Assembly: GCA_030704615.1 (NCBI GenBank)
Contig: CM060731.1
Span: 42,098,001 to 42,162,000, forward strand
Length of the DNA: 64,000 nt
Reading direction: 5' to 3'
Source: Takakia lepidozioides
Taxonomy: Eukaryota > Plantae > Bryophyta
The position numbers were made by a program, and so were the translations under genes. Every line of letters begins with the position of its first letter. The first letter of the stretch is position 1. The notes under the pieces are model-generated. The model ran no database searches. It was not told where the DNA came from and saw nothing but the letters and a program-made list of their open reading frames with translations. Shown here one piece after another: positions 50,101-62,974 of this stretch.

Positions 50101-53100
50101 TGGAAGATTCAATCCAAATGACTGGAACAAGGTACCAACAACTGTTCTTGGATTGCATGGTTTCAAACCCTTTAGCTGGTTGTAGGATGCATCTCAAGTT
50201 TCTCACAAAAGCACAGTTTAATGGGCTGTTTGGTAGCAATGGCGACATATCTTACCAGAATTAGAGAATTGTCCATCGTCCATTGCTTGGAGTTCAGTTG
50301 ATTCGTAGGCTGGTTGGATTTGAAGGCTCCTTTTGGCCTGGGTGAGCACTTTCTGCTCTCCTTGCTCACCCTGAGTGAATGAATGGTCTCGAGCAATTAG
50401 TAATCAAGATATTGAGCAGGGCTGGTGGTGAAATAGGAAGTGTCCTTGGTACAAGTTTTGTGTTAATCTTCCGATGTAATAGACTGGGTATGATGTTGTT
50501 TGTTGGTAATGTGCAGGCAAAGAGCTTGCTGAGGAATATACGAGTTGAGACAACTCACATGAAGATCTCCCGCACACACAAAATTCGGAGTCTCAGCTCC
50601 ACCCCTTGCGGCCAGCTGAAGTATGGTGGATACAATAGCTCTTCTGTGCAAATTGTCTGAGCTCTCCTTTTGATGCACATCTGTTACATAGAGCATCTAG
50701 ATGAGCATATGTGCGGATTATACTTGGCTTATACCAGGAAACAGGAGCATATCTCTGTATAGGAAACTTACCATCATTTCCTTCATAGTAAATTAGAGCA
50801 GTGGCATGAAAGACTCCTTTGATTTTCAGATATACCTGATAGAATGAGGCACAACAGGTAGTTTATTTCCAAACTGAAGCTGGTGGGTGATGTGCACATT
50901 TGCTGGGTTGGAGATGGGCATAGACCCTGTAGCCATAGGTAGGAAATATCCGGTTTATGTTCTAGAGTTTATATTCATGTCTGCAATTGTAAGGGCCTCT
51001 CTAGGAGCAACTAATGGGGAAGCTTAGAACTAGAGGTATTATAAGGGAAAAAGGCATGCCAGCGCACTTCACGTTTTTTCCCAAGTAATTCAATGACATG
51101 GATTCTGTGGGGTGAGCTCACAGCTTGTTTGCAGTATGACTGTAGTAAGGATGTCTAGTGTGCAGCTTTGCTTTAATGTTGGTATTTAAACGTGTACTGT
51201 GACGGGTTTCAGATTCACCAAGAAGGTCAAGGATGACCAAGGAAATGCTTTGCCCGATGTGGAGGTCTCAGTGGAAGAGTACTACTTTGATGTGTACAGA
51301 CATAGACTGCAGTATCCACAGCTACCAGCCCTTGATGTGGGCAACACCAGGAAACCAGCATATATCCCCTTGGAGGTAAAAGTTTCTATATCGTGGACTA
51401 CTACCAATATCAGATACTCAAATCCACTCTTTTCAGCTTGGTACTCTCTATGCACATTGACAACGGCTTACCTCTTACATTGCTACACTTTGGTGGGTCA
51501 TAATGTGCAAACTCATGAGTTCTCTCTGATGTATATTCATAACAGCTGTGCAAAATTCTAGAAGGCCAACGGTATACAAAGTCATTATCCCGCACCCAGC
51601 GTCAGAGGCAAATAGATGCATGCAAGCAAACGCCTCAAGAGCGGAGAAGAGAGTGCGAGAATGTGAGTGCCCCCTCTACTATCGTGTGTCCAATATCTGG
51701 GGTTTTTATGGTCAGTATATACCCGTTCTTCTTATTAAGGTTATGCTTGTGTCTTCTGGTACTGGTGGGTTTCCGCTCTTCTAATACCTATGACCATCTT
51801 TGAGATCACGAGCGACTCAGGGGCCTTACAATTGCATGCATCTTTCTGTCTGGTCCTTCCCAATTTCCCACAGTACAGTGGCTGGTTTTCATCTCCACCT
51901 GACTTGCAGTTCCATACGTTCTCTTCTGATGCATCTACTGCAGTCCTGTTTGGACACAATATCCAACCCTCCCTATTTTGTGGAGTAGGGAAGAAACGGA
52001 GAGTCCATTGCGCTAAAAAAAATTGGACACCCGAGCATACCAAGCATGCTTGAAACCAGCTGTTTTGAGCCTGATAGAAGAGAAGAGAGAAAAATTAGCT
52101 GTTCAGGATGACACATTTTAAGTGTATGTTCATCTGCACATCTTAAAGTAATTTTCCATGTTTCAACTTCAAAGCAGGTCAGACTAAGATCCCTGCCTGC
52201 GTTTCAAAGTCAACACTACATGCATCCAAGCTACAAAGCTTATTTAATCAGTGATCGTCTTTTGGCAGGCAATGCAAGCAAACGAATATCACTCTGATAA
52301 TCTGATCAAAGAGTTCGGTCTTCAGTTTAGCCCTGACCTTGCTAGGGTCAATGGCCGTATTTTGGATGCTCCCAGTGTAAGATGTACTCCACTCTGTTAT
52401 ATGTGCATAAAGAATTGAACCCCACTTTTCACCCCTATATCAAGGTCAGGAAGTGATCCTGAGTACAGTAGCCGAAAGGTCTTTCATTCTGAGGAATTGA
52501 CTTTAAAACATGTCCTCTGGCTGTTCATTGTGGGAACTTGAAACTATTTTCTTGTGTATTCTTGGGGAGTCTTGTGATGAAAAAATTCACCTAGAGACGC
52601 CGCCTCTAATGAAGGTCATGGTTGAGATTGTTCCATATAGTTATCAAATTTCTTCTGGTGCGTTCTCCACAGCTCTCATTTGGGAAAGGAAGGATTGAGA
52701 CACCCAGAGATGGACGTTGGAATTTCACTGACAAGGTCTTTCTTGCCAAAGCCTGTCTATGTTTGTGGCATTGGCTAGTTTCTTTCATGTGTAAACCTAT
52801 CTGATACTTTGTGGTGATGGTTGTTATTGGGGAGATTTTACAATGGTGTGTTGACCATGAGAATATTGTATCCTTGCTCATGTCCTTGGCGGGAAAATGA
52901 AACTGCCTCGCTGCTTTTATTTTACACTCAAGTTCTTCGTGGTGGTGGAAGTGCTAGCCCAGGATTTTGGTTTATTCTACCCTGTCCCATGTGCCTCGTG
53001 GCTCCATTTATGTTTTAGAAAGTTCCTGTCTTTGTTCCTTTATAATTTGCTCAGAATCCTGGTACTCGATTCCCTTCTTTACTACCAATCTGCATCTCCC

Positions 53101-56100
53101 ATTAGCAAGCCACATTTCTACTAAACATATGTTGATGTCTGGTGATTGTGCGGTGGCAGGTGATGCTGAAAGGATGTGAGGTCCCAACATGGGCAGTGGT
53201 CAACTTCAATATGCAGTGCCGGGACGTAGACGACATTGCCAGAAGGTTGTGTCAATGCTGCAATAGGCGAGGAATGGTACCGCCTGGTTACACCCATTAT
53301 CTTCACCCAAAGAGCTCAAATGTATAGTATTAGGAGGACAGGTTCCTTCAACCAGAATGCAGCATAGAGTGTAATGCACTATGCCACACGACTATTTGAC
53401 AAGAGTATGAAGGGGATCGGTCCATATTCTCCTGTTTGTTTGAGGATCTTTGAAGACCAAGTGTTTGTGAGTTTTAAAGTATTGGGAACTCAGAAGATGC
53501 TTTACTATATACAAATCTAACTCTCAACGTGGTGATGAATGGAGTGGTAAAGTTCAACATGATAAGATCTGGGATACCAGGCTGGGACTCCCAGGATGTT
53601 TACCGCACGGTATGGGAATTCCCACCAGGCCTTGGCATGCTCGGTCATGCTCTACTAACTGAGACATTCTAAAGTCACAATTCCAGAAACAATCCTAACC
53701 ATCGCTTCGGGTCTGTAAGGTTGGGATTATCTAACAACTGTAAATGGCTCCAATGGTTTAACAGACGATGAAGGATCCAGACTTTGTTGGGAATGCTCCA
53801 CAGGGTGGGTCACCTGAGGATTGTGTGCAAAGAGTGTTTGATTTACTGCAGAGTGTTCGACCCAGCTTCATATTGGCTATCCTTCCTGAGAAGGAGAGTG
53901 ACTTCTATGGTGTGTGTCTGCACTCTAACGATCCAAGTTTGATTCTGATGTTATCTTTTATGGTTTTCTCTGAATAAATTTAATTGAAGCAAGGTTGAAG
54001 GCAGGGAGAAGGAGCACTGGCTTAGAACAATGTTGTTGGTAGATTGCCTGGAAGCTCTAACCAACTGTATGATGATATTGCATCAAACCAGGACCTTTCA
54101 AGCGCATGTGTGAGGTCCGATATAGAGTGGCTTCGCAGTGCATGGTGAAACCGCGACAACTCAATGATCAATACCTTGGAAATCTCGCGCTAAAGATCAA
54201 TCTCAAGGTAACTGACAGTACCATTCTTCTTTCCAGAAGGCCTTAGGTCCAGTAGATTGAAACTCACTAGGAAGACTGGTAATCATTATATCTATGTTTC
54301 CTGGTCACCAGAAATATGTGCAACTGTGTTGATAACAACGCTGACAGGTATTACTCAACACTGACGGGTATCTGGGCAGATGGAGACAGTGCACTATTTG
54401 TCCTTTGCGGTAAAGACATGAACAGAAAATGTCAAGCTCATTTTGTCTATATAGATTGGATCCTTTTAGGCTACCTCCAATGTCTAAGCATAGATCTTAT
54501 TACAAGAAGTCCTTGGGGTGGGCATTGTAATCCAGCTTTCCAGGCATGGGGAGAGGATATGTAGGACAGGTAGGTTTCCTCATGTTAGTCATGCATAGAC
54601 ATTGAAGTTCCATGCCTTGATATGGGATTTCAATCTTCTCTATTTTCACCTTTCTGTAAGGAAATACTAACATGTCTCCTGTGATATGTCAAAAACAGTT
54701 GGGTGGGTACAACTCAACATTGACACCAGAGATGACGAAGTTCTTAGGGAAGCCTACCATCATATTTGGAATGGATGTCTCTCATGGATCACCTGGTGAT
54801 GCAGACTCTCCATCCATCGCAGCTGTAAGTGTTGCAATGACTATACAGGTCAATCTGGCATGCATGATATGCACAGAGCTAAAAACAGGTTTTGTTTTTT
54901 CAGTAGTAACATGACACTCACTCAAGGCTTTGCAAAAGGGGATGGACAACACCAATCTGACAGAAATTGCAGTGAGAATCAACTTCACTCTTCTAGGGTG
55001 AGGCAAGAAATTTGTTTTGCTGCTGTCAGTTGATGCATCTTGAAAATTAGTAATGGTGTGCACCTGTTTCTCTGCAGGTGGTAGCATCCAAGAATTGGCC
55101 AAGGGTATCTGGCATGTACGCGTCCCAAGTGAGGACTCAGGCACCCAAGCTTGAGATGATAGAAGGTTTATATGAGAATAGCGAGGAGTCTATAGGCATG
55201 GTCAGGTGAGAAGCTTCTATCCTAGCTATACCTCTCAAAGATAGATGTCTACATCATCTTATGGTCCATGGCTGTGCCGTGATCTGCTCAAAACATTACA
55301 ATCATAGTGTGTTGCTAGGTCTGAAGGCTTCCATTAATGTGGACTTGGGATGACAGGGAGCTGCTGAAGGAATTTTACAGGACATGTGAGGGCGGTCCAA
55401 GAAAACCAGAACAGATTATTATCTACAGGTAATCTTTCTTGGGCATGAGTTTAGTTACTGAATTACCAAACCACCAAATCGCCTCTTACGTTGGTGGGTA
55501 CATGTTAAGAATCACAGATGGCTCCATCATTGTTGGACCTTGTTTCCAATGAGCATATGAGCATGCAGGAAAGGTCTTCGATGGATGAGCTCGTCTTGTA
55601 AGGGAAGTGTGAATGTCTAAGACAAATTGATACATGCACCCTCCTTTTCAGATGTCGCTGGAGGCCTTTCGAGGCAGTAGACTGGTGTGCAAGCTCTTCA
55701 GCTTAACTTCTTCTGTCGACTAATCTGGCAGGGATGGAGTCAGCGAATCCCAATTTGATAAGTGTCTTGAAGTGGAGGTGGCAGCGTTTATCGAGGTAAG
55801 CATCGCCCTTTTGTCCTGCTATCATGATAAGGACATAAGCAGTTTGTTCCTTTTGATTTATTTTTCGTTAATACTGTTGACAGCAACTAAAAGCTGGTCA
55901 TCATATCTGCAGGCCTGTAATGCCCTGGAGTCAGGTTACCGCCCTGGGATTACGTTATTGGTGGCACAAAAGCGGCACAACACTCGGTTTTTCCCTATAC
56001 CACCTGGTCCCTCCCTGCCCAAAGGCAACGTAATTCCAGGTAGTCAAACTGCTCTCCTCAGCTGACACGGATTCTTTGCAGTTCCTTCCTTGAAAAAGAG

Positions 56101-57777
56101 AGCTACCCCAACCTATCATGCTAGGAATGTTGAGCATAACCAATAGCCTCCTTGTGTCTACTGGGTCCTCTTGGCCAATAATTTTTTGCATTCTTCTTTC
56201 CAATGGGCCAATGGGTCTCTGCCCTCAGTGACAAGTTGACTCACCCTTAGACAATCACTCGAGCAATAGTTTTTATCTTTGGCTCTGGTTTTGTTTCCTC
56301 TCTCATGTTTTCTTCCATTTTGTCCCATAAGCTCTATGAGCTTTCCGCGGACGTTATAAGGCACCATTTCCATTTCCCTTGTCCCTCTGAAGTTCCAATG
56401 TCATGTAAGTGCAATGTCCATGCTATAGTTTGATGTCAACCATCATCATGTGAGGATGCATGCATGTCTATTTTGTAATTTGTAGATGCGAATGTGGGAG
56501 GGAGCATGTAGGTACAGTGGTAGACAAGGATATCTGTCATCCCCGCACCAACGATTTCTTCCTGTGCAGCCATGCGGCCATCGTGTGTTTCCTCTCATCT
56601 CTCAGCCGGACTTGTCTAGCAAAGATCTTGAAACTTGTTAGCATCCATATATGGAGCACTGGTTCATCACAACCTACCTGGTTTCAAATAGTTGGATTTG
56701 ATGTTGTAGTATAAGATAGTTGTACCTCCTCTTTCTTATATGCATGTAGATTAACCTAGTTTGATGGGTTGCACAGATACCTCACATATTGTCTTACCTA
56801 ATAGTTGTTTTCTCTTGTGAACCTAATGTGATGCAAATGATTAAGATGATATGTTGTTTGTGCATCTAACATTCCAAGAGGATTGCATGCAGGGAACTAC
56901 GAGGCCAACACATTACCATGTCCTAATCAATGAGAACAATTTCACAGTTGATGATTTGCAGCAATTGACAAACAATCTTTGTTACACGTATGTATGCTCT
57001 GCAAGTTATGTGCCTTGGTGATGGGTGAAATTGCCATTTGCAAATTTCATGATCAGAGGATTGACCATTCACAATGGATGACTACTCTTTCAGAGATGCA
57101 ATTATAGGTCTTGACAAATTAGTCGAGTGCCTGGTTTGAATCCTGGCTGACTCTCATATATCCTCATGGGTTAGTATCCTACATGAGTCATGTTGTGTCA
57201 TGGACTACATTTGCATAGAGTATCTTTCATTCTCTTTCTCCCAATATGCAATCCACACACAACGTAGGTGCGGAGACACCCAGTTCTTGTGCCCCCTTAG
57301 CTGATCCAACTTTGATGGCCGATCTGGGTGATTGAATGCAGGTTCTCTCGCTGCACCACTGCAATCGGTGTTGGTAAGAGATTTGCTTTCAACTTATGTT
57401 CTTGGCTTTTGGATGCATCCTGAAAGTGTAATTCTGACAAATTTCTATCAAAACTGATGTTGTGTACGGGTGGGGAATATACTTAGAAAATGTGGGTATT
57501 CAAATCCAAAGAGAAGATAATTTTAATCAGATGGGGATAGGACTTACCTGTAGAATGACACAAGTGAGCAGGGTTCACAAATTCTAATCTTGTGACTTGG
57601 ATCACAGCTGCACCAGCGGCCTATGCCCACCTTGTGGCGACTCGTGCCCGCAAACTCCTGGATAGTGGTGCAGATAGATCTTCCTTGAGCCAGTCACATG
57701 GAGGAGAAGGGCCTAGACCTGTGCCAAAACTGCCCCCAATCAAATTGGGTGGTGACACCAGCATGTTCTTTTGCTAG
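47120..57777 (+). CDS. AGO4: Argonaute of the AGO4/6/9 (RdDM) clade, about 23 exons
   Basis: N domain ([15 protein letters not shown]), PAZ ([15 protein letters not shown]) and PIWI motifs [47 protein letters not shown] and YAHL, ending SMFFC*. GMDVSH, SESQF and GTTRP are AGO4-clade variants. The start is 47120 or 47201. Confidence 0.92.
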
Positions 57778-58249
57778 AGATATACTACAGGCTCTGCTAT
57801 GGTCTCTTTAGAGGCAGCAGGAACTCATGCATTGTAAAAGGAGAAGCATGTACATTTGGTATAGTAATAGCAAAGCAAGCAAAAGATTTTGGGTGCAAGA
57901 GGTCTTGTTATGTGCTCAAGCAGAATGATAAGTTTCATTTGTTGTGTTTCTTCACAGCTCCTCTTTGGGGAGTCTTTACTGGAAAGTTCTCATGTACCTC
58001 TCATGTTTTCGTCCATTTTGTAGTTATAAAGTACATTTTCATCTCATTTCATCCATGCTTTACGTCTTTGGTATAACCACACCAAGAAGAGTCCACAGTG
58101 ATGCCTCTACAAGACTATTCCAACTGTGTAAAGGAAGCCATGTATACAGGGATGCAGGTAAAGTGTGAGAAACCTAGGAAGGGCACCCCAAGTGGTCCAA
58201 CTGTTCAACAATGTTGGGACTATGTGCGCTTGGCAGGAACGTGGTGTGC

Positions 58250-59012
58250 CGCAGACCTCGTGACACTGTCACCCACACTATAATCACTAGCTTGCCATGT
58301 ATGGCTGTCCCAAACAAGTGTGACACGGTAGGGTGGAGTCACAGGCAGAGTTGATCATGCCTTGATTCTCCCACATCTTCCAGAAGGTAACTTCTAGAAA
58401 AAGCTTGCACCCACCGGTACTGCTATCCACCACCAATTTGTCACTGAAAAAGCGGTTGCATTCTCGCAGGGTATCGGTAGATTGTAGGCACTTGAGGCAG
58501 CTCTTCAAGATTGGGTTGAACACTATGATGGGGGAATCCCCACATGAGATACACATTGATTTGGTGGAAAATAGACCTCAGACCACAGAATGGATATGGC
58601 AAGATGAGCAACAGCTCCCCAGCCTCTTATATAGTTCCTAGCTTGCCTACGCAGCAATCTATGGCGGTTGCTAATTCCTGTCAAGCAAGCCAAGATTAAA
58701 CCCCCCCTACTCGGAAAGCTAATCCAGTTTTTGGTAGACAGAAGCCAATTGTGACATTGAAGAGGCCAGTGGCAGTCAGAAACCAGAGACAACCTAGCAT
58801 ATTGGACACGACCCTTGCCGCCATCAGTCGACCGTCACCTTCACTGGGGCGAAGGTGAGGGATGGGTCTGAGGGGGCTCTTGAGTCACTCGAGAGAGCCC
58901 GGAAGCATAGCACATGCTCCAGCAGCGGAGGAAAGGACTCAATGCCAGATCTGAGAATGGCTTCGACCGATTTCAAAGGGCCTGCCGAGACAAGCGTTAC
59001 AGATTTTCCCAT
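58250..59012 (-). pseudogene. Degenerate F-box gene relic
   Basis: Broken frames contain QIW..FPPLLEHVLCF (F-box-like), IIVFNPILKS and KLVVDSSTGGCKLFL, in the same order as YVCNPMLKT and HLVVDTSTTTCKYKV in the intact F-box gene at 43688. Confidence 0.5.
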
Positions 59013-59323
59013 GTGCTCTGAATGACTTCCTTTTTCACAAAGAAACTGTGTACCCAGTTCAGACCCACGTTTTATTGGTGTTGATAGCCCACAAAATTGT
59101 ATTTTTCTTCAAGCTTACCTGTGCTAAATGCTCTGCAAGCATAGGCAAGCTTCTTATCTTTATACACAATAAGAGGGCAATTTAGCCATCAATTTTTATA
59201 ATACCATCAACACTTCTGAGGAGATTGGGTGGCTGCATTTTGCCACTTGGTGAAAGAGAAAAGGCTGGATTCAAATTTCCAGCTGCTTCTATGGTTATGA
59301 GAATCCTGCATGGAATCTGTTTC

Positions 59324-62300
59324 CTACGGCTGAGGACGGGTTTGCACAATGTAAATGTCTTTCCCAACAATGCAGCCCTCAATATCCTGGGGCACCCCAA
59401 AGTGTTGCTCCAGGAAGAATCCAACAGTGGAAAGGCGCTGGCCTATTTGCTTACGATAGCCAGGCTGAATGGAGAGGGGTTGGGTGCTGTAGTCTATGAC
59501 ATGCCGTACCATACTCCCGTCTGCAACCTTCCCATCATTTTGAACAACAAGCTGCTCACTGAAGTTAGCAAAGGCCAAGGTCTTCACTGTTCCATCAAAC
59601 TTGTTTGCTGCGAGGCGCCATGGGGTGCCCCTAGTCCCGGATGCTAAAGTCTCCCCCAAACCCACTGCTATCTCAGCCTGTACCACATTCTTATCATGGT
59701 CGATTGGGCTAACTGTGTGCAACACAAAACTGAGGTCAGGCTTGAGAAGTTCCTGGACAAGCACTGCCATGGAAGCTTCCTTCTGTAGTACTTCGGCCGC
59801 CCTTCTACTCAAAACAGCTCTCCGTGTGTACAGTGATGCCCACACTTTGGCCACTGCCATACCAAAGTTTTCGGGTTCTGAGAGCTTAACATTGGGAATA
59901 GAGTCATACAACCCTGCACCGGACATCCCTGCCAAGTCCTCCACATTTGCACTGGACCTTACAATAAGCCTGGTGTCTTTGGGGAGGCTGCCTGATGCTA
60001 GCTTACTGACTAAAGAATTTGCAGGTCTTTGGGCACTGACAAGACTACGCAATTCGTTACAGATACTATCGAGCTCTCCACCTTCAAGTGGAGCAGCTTC
60101 CAGTTTCTCTACAAGAGCTTTGAACGTCTGTAAAGAACCACTGCTTTCCAAGGCTTCCTCCATTGCCCCGAATGGGATAACTTGTCCTTGAGGCACATGG
60201 AATACTGCCGGTACTCCTTCGTCATTGTGCACTTTAGCAGCCTGCTGGGATAATACAGCAAGCATGCCACATGCAGCTGCTTTAGAGCCTGCATTTTCAG
60301 TGCTGGCTGTGGCCAGTTCAAGCACTGTCCCGGATGCACTCCTCACCACAGAGCTCTGTTTCACTGGGGCAGCCTTGGGCAAGGTAGTCACCACACCATG
60401 AGACCCTGGGATATACTCGCCAACAGTTTTCTCCTGCACATGGGCTTTAACACTCACCCCAGCCAACTCCTTTCCTTGGTCTTGCTCTACTGGCCCACTG
60501 TAGGCTCCAATGGAAACAGACTCAGAGGATGCTTCTAATATGATGGTTTGGTTCATCAATGAACGGAGCTCTGCCACCTTGTCTTCATCATCACATGTTA
60601 CAAACACTACTTTCTCCTGGCGGGCACGAACACCAAGGTGTGACAAGTGGGGCACTTCATGTTGGAGCACCACGCCTGCCACATGTGCCCCAGCTGCTTT
60701 AACCTCTTCATCACCATCTGCTGTTTTGACCAATAAAATAACAGGCCCTTTAGCTGACGAGGGCAATGAGCCCGGGGTGATCCTGTCGACCTCCACAAGA
60801 GTACCAATGGCCTTGCCAGCCATAAGAGCATCAAAACCATCGCCACCAGTAGTAGCTCGTACTACCTTGAGAAGCATTGAACATAGCTTTGCCAACTGGA
60901 ATACCACACTGGCTCGAATCTCAGCTTCTGTGTAAGTTCGCACGGTGCTCTCCATGATCCCAAAGGCATCTCCAAGTTTCTGGACGTGATCTGGGAAAAG
61001 CTGAAGAATAGCATCAGTGTAGGCCTCCGCAAGCCGGCGAGTTCGGTCGAGTGTTGATTTCAGTCTTAGTGCCCATGCCCTTGTATCCTCCACAACACCT
61101 TGTTCTTCCAGGATTCCAGCAGCCTGCCAGGCCTGAAGCTCATTCTCAATTGCAATGCACTCTGCTTGCTGCCAGCCTGACAATCCTAGCTGCCTCACGC
61201 CCAGCACAATGGCCCCCAATGCATGACTCAACTTGGCCACATTTCCAGATTTTGCTTCCTTTGTCAGCCATGAGGCCCCACCCGCACTTTCCAAGGCATT
61301 AATAAACCTACTCAGCAACACAAAAGAGTAATCTTCTAACCCTATTTCCGACAAACGCCACTTCTGTCGCATGGCAATGGCCTCATCAGGGGCATCATTC
61401 CGGAGGCCACTCACAAGCCCTTTGAGCAGGGTACCACGAAGGGTAGTCAAAGCATGCATCGTGCCAATGAGTGTGTCTGTACCCTTAACGGCATTCCCAT
61501 TAATGGAGGACCCCAGATTATCCAACCTCTGCTTCCCAGCAATGAAGTTATCTAGCAATGAGAGTTGCTGCTGATCAAACGATTGCCTGAGCCCCTCTAG
61601 TTGCTCTGTCAAGCTTCCAGCGTTGAAAAAGTCTTTGAGTTCGCCATAAAATATCTTAAACTCCTCAACAAATGCTTGGCTATATTCTCCTGGGTTCTTT
61701 GACACGCGGGCCAGCATTGCCTCGGTGGCCACCAGGTCCTCCGGCCCAGCGTTTCGGTGCAGCTTGTTCTGAATTGTGTTCTTAATCTCTTGCTTCAAGT
61801 CCTGAGGGATGTCATTGCGATGGGCGATGTCACGGATGCGTGTTAGTGGCACTGATGCTGTGAATTCAGCCTTGAATGCTGGCAAGCACGGGTGGATCTT
61901 CCTTATCACTAAGAGTTCCTCGAGGCTAACAGTTTTAGAAGCAGTAGTTCTCTCGAGCTCCTGGAAAATCTTGCGGGATATCTCTGCATGCTTGTTGGGT
62001 CGGTAATGTTGGCCGTCTTCAGAGCATGCAATCTGCCCCGTGTTAATCCATTTCAAATAAATAGCAACATTGACGAGAGTTCTCAGTCTGTCTGTCTTGC
62101 CTGGCTCACCAGTAATGAGTGCGCGTACCACTTCCAACTTGCGCCACCAGTTGTTCGCACTGCGGTCACCTTCCACCACCTGCAACGCAGGTCCCTCCAG
62201 CCCTGCGGTGTTCCAATTACCCACTTTTTCATGAGCACGGTTGTTCGATCTCCCTTGCCATCCCTGCACAAACGATGTTGATGCTTCTTCAGGCACGGGG

Positions 62301-62974
62301 TTCTCTGCATTCCCATTCTCCTCAGTCCGGCGGCTCTCTCTCCCTACCTCCTCCTCCTCCACAGCAGCCTCCGGTTCTGACCCACGAATCACAACTGTGA
62401 ATCCCACCTCTTCCTCTGTGCTATCCCAGTGTGTCACCAACTCGAAAGAACCCTCGTTGGGCAAGGAAAGCACGCGATTTCGACCTCCTTCCCAAATTAC
62501 GTCTCTGTCCCAGGTGACCGTGATAAACTTATACTCGACCTGCTCCCCGGACTTCCCTTCGAGGTCTACTACCCATCCTGACTCAGACCATTGCATTGGG
62601 ACTCGGTTCTGCCATGATCCAGTACACTCGGCCGAACCCAACAGAGCAAGCGACTCCCCAAACTGAACTTGGTGGTCCAATCGAAGCCTCAGCTTTACCT
62701 TGTTCTCGCACCTCACACTCACCCCCGCCCTCCTCCCCACAGCCAACAATCGCATCTTGGGAGCAGTAATCTTAGTCAACACCCTGGGCTCGCCAAGTGC
62801 TAAAACCCAAATCTTCAAACCTTCGAAAGCAGAAAATGGGACCAAAATTGACCCTTGCCGAGCATGAACTCGAACACCTCCATGCCTGCTTGCATTGTTC
62901 GAAAATCCGCTCCTCTCTCTCCCAACCCGCGCAACTCCAATTGACCCACAATTTAGCAAAACATGGGCCGCCAT
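59324..62974 (-). CDS. PWD: Phosphoglucan, water dikinase (PWD/GWD3), single 1216-codon ORF
   Basis: Transit-like N-terminus, CBM20 (LDHQVQFGE..EYKF..WEGGRNR), QNKLHRNAGPEDL, phosphohistidine motif PHLSHLGVRARQEK, PPDK-type VRSSANVEDLAGMSGAGLYDS, and the end YIVQTRPQP*. Confidence 0.97.
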   Translation of the reverse strand: MAAHVLLNCGSIGVARVGRERSGFSNNASRHGGVRVHARQGSILVPFSAFEGLKIWVLALGEPRVLTKITAPKMRLLAVGRRAGVSVRCENKVKLRLRLDHQVQFGESLALLGSAECTGSWQNRVPMQWSESGWVVDLEGKSGEQVEYKFITVTWDRDVIWEGGRNRVLSLPNEGSFELVTHWDSTEEEVGFTVVIRGSEPEAAVEEEEVGRESRRTEENGNAENPVPEEASTSFVQGWQGRSNNRAHEKVGNWNTAGLEGPALQVVEGDRSANNWWRKLEVVRALITGEPGKTDRLRTLVNVAIYLKWINTGQIACSEDGQHYRPNKHAEISRKIFQELERTTASKTVSLEELLVIRKIHPCLPAFKAEFTASVPLTRIRDIAHRNDIPQDLKQEIKNTIQNKLHRNAGPEDLVATEAMLARVSKNPGEYSQAFVEEFKIFYGELKDFFNAGSLTEQLEGLRQSFDQQQLSLLDNFIAGKQRLDNLGSSINGNAVKGTDTLIGTMHALTTLRGTLLKGLVSGLRNDAPDEAIAMRQKWRLSEIGLEDYSFVLLSRFINALESAGGASWLTKEAKSGNVAKLSHALGAIVLGVRQLGLSGWQQAECIAIENELQAWQAAGILEEQGVVEDTRAWALRLKSTLDRTRRLAEAYTDAILQLFPDHVQKLGDAFGIMESTVRTYTEAEIRASVVFQLAKLCSMLLKVVRATTGGDGFDALMAGKAIGTLVEVDRITPGSLPSSAKGPVILLVKTADGDEEVKAAGAHVAGVVLQHEVPHLSHLGVRARQEKVVFVTCDDEDKVAELRSLMNQTIILEASSESVSIGAYSGPVEQDQGKELAGVSVKAHVQEKTVGEYIPGSHGVVTTLPKAAPVKQSSVVRSASGTVLELATASTENAGSKAAACGMLAVLSQQAAKVHNDEGVPAVFHVPQGQVIPFGAMEEALESSGSLQTFKALVEKLEAAPLEGGELDSICNELRSLVSAQRPANSLVSKLASGSLPKDTRLIVRSSANVEDLAGMSGAGLYDSIPNVKLSEPENFGMAVAKVWASLYTRRAVLSRRAAEVLQKEASMAVLVQELLKPDLSFVLHTVSPIDHDKNVVQAEIAVGLGETLASGTRGTPWRLAANKFDGTVKTLAFANFSEQLVVQNDGKVADGSMVRHVIDYSTQPLSIQPGYRKQIGQRLSTVGFFLEQHFGVPQDIEGCIVGKDIYIVQTRPQP

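Noticed and set aside
57121-57155. tRNA T-arm/B-box-like cctggtttgaatcctgg in an AGO intron
   Set aside because: There is no cloverleaf or convincing A-box. At most it is a SINE remnant.
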